From assembly GCA_951406725.2 (NCBI GenBank), contig OX597833.1, positions 68,076,001-68,140,000 of the forward strand: a stretch of DNA of 64,000 nucleotides. The letters are read 5' to 3'. The translations under genes and the position numbers were made by a program. The notes beneath the pieces were generated by a model. That model was not told where the DNA came from. It saw only the letters and a program-made list of their open reading frames with translations, and made no database searches. Position 1 is the stretch's first letter. Every line of letters starts with the position of its first letter. Positions 54,826 through 64,000 of this stretch are shown here, piece by piece. This stretch comes from Octopus vulgaris (taxonomy: Eukaryota).

Positions 54826-54996
54826 CTGCCACTCCATTGCTAACGACGACGATGGCTCAAGCTGAACCGATCAAACGACTCGTAAAATTAACGCGTCAGC
54901 GGCTTATCACTCCAGCCATGCGTGCCCTTAACATAGTTCGACTAAAGGTGGTGCTCCAGCTTGGCTGCAGTCAAATGACTGAAACAAATATAAGAA
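54826..54996. mobile_element. Junction of a SINE family 3 tail (minus) and a SINE family 1 tail (plus)
   Basis: ctcgtaaaattaacg..cccttaacatagttc is followed directly by gactaaaggtggtgctccagc..gcagtcaaatgactgaaacaa. Confidence 0.55.
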
Positions 54997-55901
54997 TCAA
55001 ATTATTTAAAAAATCCTACTAAATTTGCTGAGCGCCTTTTTCTTTCGCTTGTTCACTCACATGAATATATTATTTGGTTTGAGTCTTGCATTTCTGAATT
55101 TCGATTTTAGTGAGAGGGGATATTTTGGCAAAATACATTTGGAGTCGTACCTTATTAATCATAACTTTCTTGATGATCCCCTGCAGCCTCAGTTGCAACT
55201 TAAAATAGGAAGAGACGATAAGACCAAAATAATATGTATGATTAATGTTCACTATAGAAGCGAGTACTCTATATCCCAACACTCCACACTACACTTGTAT
55301 TCATATATCCGCCTAGACGAGAGGGAGTGTTATAAGATTTCCGATGTGCGATTTGGGAGACAAAAAATAGAGAAGGTGAAAGTGAGAAATAATGCGTCTG
55401 TTTCCGTGTGCTAATTTTCTCAAATATGATTATTACGTGTCAAATTCAATATATTATTCTCTAAGGAATAATGTTTATAAAAAAAAAGAAGAATTGAACT
55501 GCAGACAGTAAAAATGAGATAAAGAGAACGAAACGATGGATTGATCATATGCGGGGGGGAGAGAAAGAAAAAGAACAAGTCGTAGGGGCGAATATAATAC
55601 AAGGAGAAGATAGGGAGAGATGGAATCGTTTCTATATTTTTTTTTGTCATAATACCATTGTTTTATAGTGCCAAATCCGCAATAAAATATTGTTAATTGT
55701 TTTGCTGCTGTCTCCATACAGATGGTAATGTGGTTTGGAGATAATCTGGAGGCTGCAAGGTGGAGAATCTATTGCAAATTTAAACACCTATCTCAATATT
55801 AGGTTATAAAACTGGCGCCTTTCACACTTAACGATTTATTATTGTTGCTGTTATTGTTACTTTCATTGCCCTAACTACAATTATTATCATCATCATCATC
55901 A

Positions 55902-55950
<49 letters not shown>

Positions 55951-56058
55951 CTTCTGGCTTTAATATTCAATATTAAAAATGCTTATATTTTGATTTATTT
56001 GTTGTATATTTAATCAGTCTCTCCTTCTCTCTCGTTCTCTCAGATACATAAAAATGAG

Positions 56059-56121
<63 letters not shown>

Positions 56122-56247
56122 TCATATGTGTAGGTATTATTCTCGAACAAATATATTATTGACGCCGATGGCTTAGGTGCCCGAAATTTCGAGCTTACAG
56201 TCAATAATTTAAATATATAAAAATTTGTATTCTACAAAATATTGAGC

Positions 56248-56283
<36 letters not shown>

Positions 56284-57987
56284 TACACACACAAAACACT
56301 TACAAACACACACACGCATAGGCACACACATCTATCTATCCGTCTATCTATCTATCTGTCTAAGTAAATATATATTATTTTCCGTGTTAATTGTTAACAA
56401 GGTAAAATACACTCATCTATATATATAATCTGTGTGTATATATGGATACATACTCTCAAGTGTTCGTGTGTGGACTTTGCAGTGTGCGTTTGTGTGTACT
56501 TGTATGTTTTAATCGTGTGTACTCGTGTTTATGTTGAATTTATCACTTTTGCAGTACACAACGCGTAGTAAATTAAACAGAATCCAACGTACAGACAGAG
56601 TGCATTGAAATGTCTTGTCTGAATAAATCAGCAAACGAACAGACATAAATATGCCTAAGTATATATGCGTAGGTAGGCGTATTGATGTATACACACACAC
56701 ACACATACATGTATATCTGAAGGCATGGATTCCAATACTAATTTTAAAGTTTGGCTCTTATATATATTTACAGAACTGTGTGTATGTGTCTGTGTGTTAC
56801 AACATAGACAACGATTATATTCACGTGCTTTTTACGTAGTCTGTTTTATTGTTCTTTAATTTAGCTTTAGACTGACTGCCTCTACGATTGGCATACACTT
56901 TAATCCCCAAAACGGATATGATCATGTGAGACTTGAGTTGAATTTTACAGAGGAATTGTTCCAACTTTTCATACTGTAACTTCCGGGAAAATATTTAAAA
57001 AATTAATAAATGCACCTGCATGCACGCTTTTTGAAGGATATATTTATAATAATAAGTTAAACAAACTATTATCCATTTAAGACCTCAACGAACTATCCGG
57101 GACTTAGTATGGACTACATATAATGGGGAAGAGTGAATGCTATATAGAGAAAAAAAGACACTGCTTGAATCACAAGGGAAATTATAGATGAAAGACCCGA
57201 ATATCTGGAATAGATTAATATGATCAATAATAAATAGGGTGCTGTATAGAATATTTATGTCTATATTTTGAAGGTACGTGCCCCCAGTGGCAATTCCTCC
57301 TAAATTGAACGCCTCTCCGTTGTAGGTTTATCTATTTGCAGCCAGGTCGCTGGGTCGTGGTCTTGAATTCCTGAGGGGGCATGTGTTATGTTCTTGAGCA
57401 AAACATCTCCATTCACATAGATCCACTCAACCTAGTTGCAAATAAATAAATGGAGTGGCGTTCAGCTTAGGAGGAGTGTGAGTCTACCCGTTCAGTAAGC
57501 GTGGTGGTATCATTCGGAAGCTACAACAAAGGTAAGACACCACACTACCACCAGCGTGTACAAAAAACATCCGATTGCCTCGTCGATACAAATTTGTCTC
57601 TATTGACCGTCAACAATGTAACGACTCACTTTTAACACTGGTATATCTATGGTGGTGTTACGGGCATGAAATAGAAACCAGTTGCTTCGTTACCAATGAC
57701 GTTGCGACGGAGATTTCAAATATATTTTTCACCACAGAGATATCTGCGTACATACCTATGGATATAATTTATAATTCATAAATGTGCTTCACTGAAGAAA
57801 ATCTTTTTAGGTTATATTTAATCTAAGTGGAATGTTATATAGCATATAATTCATCGTTAAAACTATTCCTTTTATCTTCTTAAGTTCTTTAAATAAAAAG
57901 AAAAAAAAAAACGAAATTTGAAATTCGTATTTTATTTCTTTAAACAACAACACAAACGTACTATTTCGAAATTAGTAGTAGTAGTAA

Positions 57988-58022
<35 letters not shown>

Positions 58023-58023
58023 T

Positions 58024-58113
<90 letters not shown>

Positions 58114-58904
58114 ATGATATGAAATAAAACAGCCTGTTTTATTCTATACCTAGATTTCAATGAACTTCAAGAATCGTTTTTTATAAAACTCGTCATCTGT
58201 TTTGGCTTTTTTCCGTTCTTTTTAAAATTTCAAAGATACTCTTAATATAAGTATCTCATAAATAAGAGTGAAAACAGTAAAAATGTGCTTTGATTTACTA
58301 ACAAACAAAAAAAAAAAAATAGAAAAAAAAAAACTATAATAAAACACTTCTCATATGTCGATTGTGAATACAAAGAACAAGAACACTATTTCAAGTTATA
58401 TTTTCTTATTCTTGATATTTCAACGTTCACTTAACAAAGTCAAACATATGGCAGTAAAAAACATGAAAATGTTATTCGTTGTTTGATTTTATCTATGTAT
58501 TTATTGCATATATATTTTTTTATTATTTGTTTAATGGGGTTTATATTTTTCCAAGTTATTAATTAAGAGTAGGAAAATATAAATAGTTGTGCAACGGTTA
58601 GGAGTCAGGAAGCTGTTTTTAAGTGATGCTTATAGCTATATGACCGCGAAAGTCTCATGTTGTTTATATACATACACATATATGTGTATGTGTGTGTGTG
58701 TGTGGGGGGTGTTTGTGTATATGCATATATGTGTGTATATATATATATGCATATGTGCATATGTATATATATATATATGTGTGTATATGTATTTATATGC
58801 ATGCATTTGTATACACATATGTGTGTGTATGCGTGCGTGTATATATATATACATATGTCTATATACAGATATGTATATAGGCATCTATATATTTGTATAT
58901 TTGC

Positions 58905-58947
<43 letters not shown>

Positions 58948-58955
58948 ATTGTATG

Positions 58956-58989
<34 letters not shown>

Positions 58990-59000
58990 TGTATGAATTC

Positions 59001-59187
59001 ACCAGAGTAAGCACATAAAAGCGAAACAAGGTGGAAAAATAGTTCTCGAATACCAGAGGTAGAGTAACATGCTTTATTAGGAAGTAGCAAAGATATCACA
59101 AAAGCTGTTACTCAGTTTGTCAGACGTACGGAAACGCGAAACTCTGAGAAGCTATTTGTGTGATATTTTAGCTGCTTTTCAATAAAG
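59001..59187 (-). mobile_element. Family B HHR element, older diverged copy, also palindromic
   Basis: ccagagtaag..gaaacaaggtggaaaaa..ggtagagtaacatgctttatt matches the reverse complement of 12757-12828. The inverted arm tgtcagacgtacggaaacgcgaaactctgag...gctgcttttcaataaag ends at (TA)n. Confidence 0.72.
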
Positions 59188-59704
59188 TATATATATATAT
59201 AAGTATTCATTTATATATGTACAGAAAACTTTTATAAGTAAAAATTTTGCAAATTTTAAAGGCTAATAACTTTTTAATTATGGATTTTTTAGGAAAATGA
59301 ATTTAATTTTCATAATTACCATACAAAACTTAATCCATGTATCAAATTAGAAAACAATTAGAATATAATTGTAGAAAGCGACGATAACCACAAAGATCGA
59401 CTAAATATATGAAAGGTTTATAAATCGGTGTATGCGAAAGCGCTACGCCGCTAAACATAGTAGCTATTTAAACTCTGTGTTAGAGGATGGTTAATGGTTT
59501 AGATGTGGTGTCGAAGAAGGAGCAAGAACTCTAGATATATACCTTTGAACTCAGTCAGCAAAAGAACTGGAAGAAATGGTCTAAGGAATTTTATCTGTCC
59601 TTCTAACAAATCAACCAATTACTCGTACAAATTCAATTACAATTTATAAAGATATTAATCAAAATGTCAATCAAACAGATAAATTAATTACTGCATAACT
59701 TTTG

Positions 59705-59891
59705 CTTGTCTCAAGGCAGTGGCTCATGACGGGGTGCCACCTTCATTAATGAGACAAGTTTGAAATGAATAGACACCAAATTATTTGTCTTACGCCTTCA
59801 TATTTTATCAGTCTCTTATGCCGAACCGCTAGTTTACGAGGAATTAAACACTCCAGCACTGTTGCTGGGTTACAAACACACACACACACAC

Positions 59892-59941
<50 letters not shown>

Positions 59942-60138
59942 GGGCTTATTTCAGTTTCCGGATGCCAGATTCATTTACAAGACATTGGTCGACAAAAGCC
60001 TATAGCGAAGACACAAGCCTTTAGAGAACGCCACTTGCCTATAGTAAAGATACTTGCCCAAGGGTTTAGGCAGGGGCACTGCCACTGGAACCATGTGGTG
60101 GTGGTGAAGCGAACTTACCACAAAGCCATACCTGTGCC
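59705..60138 (-). mobile_element. SINE family 1, strongly diverged
   Basis: gccgaaccgcta..(CA)(TA)n..cgggcttatttcagtttccg..agatacttgcccaagg..cttaccacaaagccatacctgtgcc. Confidence 0.7.
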
Positions 60139-60828
60139 TTTGTCATCTTTCGTCATACCATATGCACTATGGTATGAGTGCAAGGTCACCGTTACCAGAC
60201 GTAAGGCAGGCAACATTATACATTACACTAACTCAATAATGATGGTAGATGGTTGTGATTGAAGTGCTATGACTTTCCATAAAAACACTGTGCACAAAGA
60301 ACAGTATTGTAAATCTAGATGGTCGCAATATGGCAGTCATTTTGATGTATAGTGCTGTTAAATGTCTGGACCAGATATGAATCTAGATGAGAATTTAATT
60401 GAGTAAAGAATATTAATGTAATCATTTCTACAAATTTTGGGGAGAATATATCAGGTTCACACGCAAATGAAATAAGCCATGGATTGTACGTAGATTAGGG
60501 ATTGTATTGTTCATATATATATATATATATACATATATGTTTGTACGTATGTATATGTATATATAGCACAAACATGAATATAAACCATATGTTAAAAAAG
60601 TGCCACTTGCAACCGATTAGATACGCGCGGGCGCAAATATATTCACGCGCAGACGCACACATCAGCATATATATATATCACCTACATACATGGGAGTGGA
60701 GTAGGCGCCGTAAACCTTCGCCTCATCTCTCACTCAGAATATTGAAATATTGTTACTGCAGGTATCTTGATACGAAAGAGTAAAAGTCGGATACAGAAGA
60801 ATGTTTATATATATATATATATATATAT

Positions 60829-61206
60829 GGGTGTGGCTTGTGGTAAGAAGCTTGCCTCCCAAGCACAAGGTTCCGGTTTCAGTCGCACTCCGTAGCACCA
60901 TGGGCAAGTGTCTTCTAGTATAGCTTCGGGGCGAGCAAAGCTTTGTGAGTGGATTGGTAGACGGAAACTGAAAGAAGCCTTTCGTATATATATATGCTTG
61001 GCTGTGTTTGACCTCCCCCCCACCCAACTACCATCACCTTGACAACCGATGTCGGTGTGTTTGCGTCCCCGTAACGTAGCGGCTCGGGAAAAGGACTCGA
61101 TCGAATAAGTACTACGCTTACAAAGAATAAGCCCTGTGGCCGAATTGTTCGACAAAAAACGGTGCTCCTGCATGTCCGCTACCAAATCACTGAGATAAGT
61201 AAGAGA
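60829..61206 (+). mobile_element. SINE family 1, diverged
   Basis: gtgtggcttgtggtaagaagcttgc..tgggcaagtgtcttct..gacggaaactgaaagaagcc..ttgacaaccgatg..gaataagtact. Confidence 0.82.
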
Positions 61207-61877
61207 ATATACTTCATTTTGGTACTCACTCCCATTAAGCTCATCTAGGTGTTTAGGCTACCAGACGGAAGGTAATCTGGAAATCCGAAAATACTGGCAC
61301 TCTTTCTATAATTATATACTAGTAGAATGAACTGAGGATATACTTTAATTCAGTGGAAATGATTTACTCACTCTATTTTACTTGCTTATAATTATATGCG
61401 TATATGAACGCATCTATGCACATAAACTCAATAATTTTAGACAGAAAAGAGGACAAGTCCGAGACTCGAGTAGAAAGTAGTATTGTATTCATTAATGCAT
61501 ACACAAGTATATACAAATGTATATGCAATGATTTATATATATTTCTACATATATACATGTACATAAATGCATATATACATATACATACATGTATATAGAT
61601 ACACACACACATATATATATATATACATACATACACGCACATATATATATACATATACACACGCATATACATCCATATATATACACACAAATATATATAC
61701 ATATATATGTATGTATGTATGTATATATATATATAACAGATACATATATATATACATAATAATCTTACATAATTCAATTTAATCTAATGTAATCATTTTG
61801 CTTAATATGATAGCGCAAAATATAATAGACTCTATTAATGAACTATACTATATCTGTAATATGATATAGTACTTAAT

Positions 61878-61908
<31 letters not shown>

Positions 61909-62084
61909 ATTGTCAGCCACATGGCTGTTTGTTTATTCGAAGGTCTATCCGACTTTTGGAACGAAGCTAAAACTTTAGCCCGAAACCTGAACGGATTGTT
62001 TATCAAAGGCAAATTATTTGATTGCATCTAAAGAACAAACGTATCGAGGTAGCTGGATTAACTGCAGCACCCAAGATATATATA

Positions 62085-62153
<69 letters not shown>

Positions 62154-62538
62154 GAGAAAGATATCTTTATCATTTCTCCTCTATATAATAATCGATTAAG
62201 CCGATAATATCCTTAGGAAGCCAAGAATAACAACATCGTCCATTTCTCTTGTAAACAAAACCAGATATACGGATAAGTCGACGCCAACCATAATTGTATT
62301 TGAATATTTCAACGATTTTCCTTTAGCTGAAGTCTTATAGTGTCTATATAAAATACTTATATATATATATATAAATTATGTATATATATATAATATAATT
62401 TGATGGGATATTATTCCTCTCTTACAGGGAAAAATTCAATTTAGAAATACTAAACCAAATTTCACAATATATACGTTATACATACGTTTTATTTATTATT
62501 TTGCACTTTACTTAAACATCGGTGATAGACAGTAATAA

Positions 62539-62792
62539 AAAGGGGTAAAGACCCCCTTCGGTCATGAATGACCATGGGATTGCACCTAGAAAGTTACCCT
62601 CCTAGACACAAGTCCGGGCAAGGTTATTTATGGAAGACCAGCAGTCGCCCATGCATACCAGCCTCCCCTCTCCACGCCACCAGTGTTATTCAAGGGAAAG
62701 ACAAAGGTCGATACAGCTTGGCACCAGTGACGTCGCAACTCATTTCTACAGCTGAGTGAACTGGAGCAACGTGAAATAAAGTGCTTTGCTCA
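62539..62792 (-). mobile_element. SINE-like repeat with a CORE-like block and a distinct 3' part
   Basis: Reverse complement tgagcaaagcactttatttcacgttgctccagttcactcagctgtagaaatgag resembles the family 3 core. It ends gaagggggtctttacccctttt. Only one copy in this window. Confidence 0.55.
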
Positions 62793-63765
62793 TACCGATG
62801 ATTAAGTAATATGCAAAATTCTCCCGACCTGGAGAATTATCAACAGGAAATGAATCATCGCAGAAGAGTGAGACCGCCTCTTCGTATTTATTTCTTCTCC
62901 TAGAATCAACAGTATACCAACGACATCTGTTTTGATAAAAAGATATCGTATTAGATAAAGTATTCCTATTTTTCTTTCACTTCGTTAAACAAAAAATACG
63001 GTAAATCACCTTGAAGTGTCAAGGTTGGAATGGCTGCGAGTTTATGTCAGTAAAGTTTTGGCCATTTAATATGCACCAAGTTGTGGAGTAGATGTTAATG
63101 TAGTCTAAATGTTTTAATCTTTATCTGCGACTTTATTATGTCATGTTCCATTGAGATTCTCGACGCAATGGCCAAGATGGATATTAAAAACATTCAGTGA
63201 AACAAACGTAATGAATAACTGAATATTGAGTAGCAATTCCTGAGACAAGACCTCGTTTTCATATTAGTGAAGAGCATCGAATTTCCTTTTATTTGTCTTT
63301 TTCGATTGATGCCTAAAATTTTTTGTTAAAACTTGGGATTGTAGAATAAAATACTTCGAGTGAGTTACTGTCAAAGTCAGTAATACGTGTCTAAAGTTGC
63401 GAAATTTTTTTCTTAGATAAGTATGAACTTTGATTCACATTCGTTGTGGGGTGTATATAAAATGATACTCATTTCAGTTCTTACTATCGTTGGATCTTTT
63501 TCTCACATTTTAACCGATCTTTAGAATTTAACATTTTAAGGACTTGATGTAGTTGTGTGCCTCAATATTGAACCATATATCGAATTTTGAGTACTTTAGG
63601 AGATTAATGTGATTTGTACGTGAGAATTATTTGGGGAGTGTGGACGGGATGCAGTCAGAATATATAAGACACTTTCCTTTGCAGTTTCTGAGACATGTGT
63701 TTTGGATGGATATCTATAAGCTCCTGCTTGAACATCATTCGATACATTTATACATTTGAAATATA

Positions 63766-64000
63766 GGCGCAGGAGTGGCTGTGTGGTAAGTAGCTTGCTA
63801 ACCAACCACATGGTCCCGGGTTCAGTCCCACTGCGTGGCATTTTGGGAAGGTGTCTTCTGCTATAGCCACGGGCCGACCAATGCCTTGTGAGTGGATTTG
63901 GTAGACGGAAACTGAAAGAAGCCTGTCGTATATATATATATATGCGTGTGTGTATGTGTTTGTGTGTCTGTCTTTGTCCCCCTAGCATTGCTTGACAACC
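63766..64000 (+). mobile_element. SINE family 1, cut by the window edge
   Basis: ggcgcaggagtggctgtgtggtaagtagc...tgtccccctagcattgcttgacaacc. Confidence 0.92.

Noticed and set aside
54323-55414. Three consecutive 101-129 aa ORFs
   Set aside because: One runs through SINE fragments and none shows a known domain. They are probably decayed repeat sequence.

Overview
AT-rich, microsatellite-dense eukaryotic DNA with no intact protein-coding gene that I can support. The repeat content looks like an Octopus (coleoid cephalopod) intron or intergenic region; this is an inference from recalled SINE families. Almost every ORF in the track is a translation of (TA)n/(CA)n/(CTA)n/(TCTA)n tracts or of SINE copies. 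The window holds many copies of at least three tRNA-headed SINE families, non-autonomous Helitrons, mariner-derived MITEs, and decayed RTE, CR1-type, R4/Dong-type and Tc1/mariner (maT-like) coding fragments. The main signal is a set of about 12-14 minimal type-I hammerhead ribozyme (HHR) motifs with palindromic stem III, the architecture described for Penelope-like elements. They lie in several distinct ~200-bp non-coding elements, most inserted in or beside (TA)n tracts. Some have canonical cores (CUGAUGA, CUGAGGA). Others have recurrent non-canonical cores (CUGUAGA/CUGUUGA, CCGAUGA/CCGACGA), and one family is a near-perfect 166-bp palindrome carrying sense and antisense ribozyme copies. All structures were folded by eye, and boundaries of degenerate repeats are approximate.
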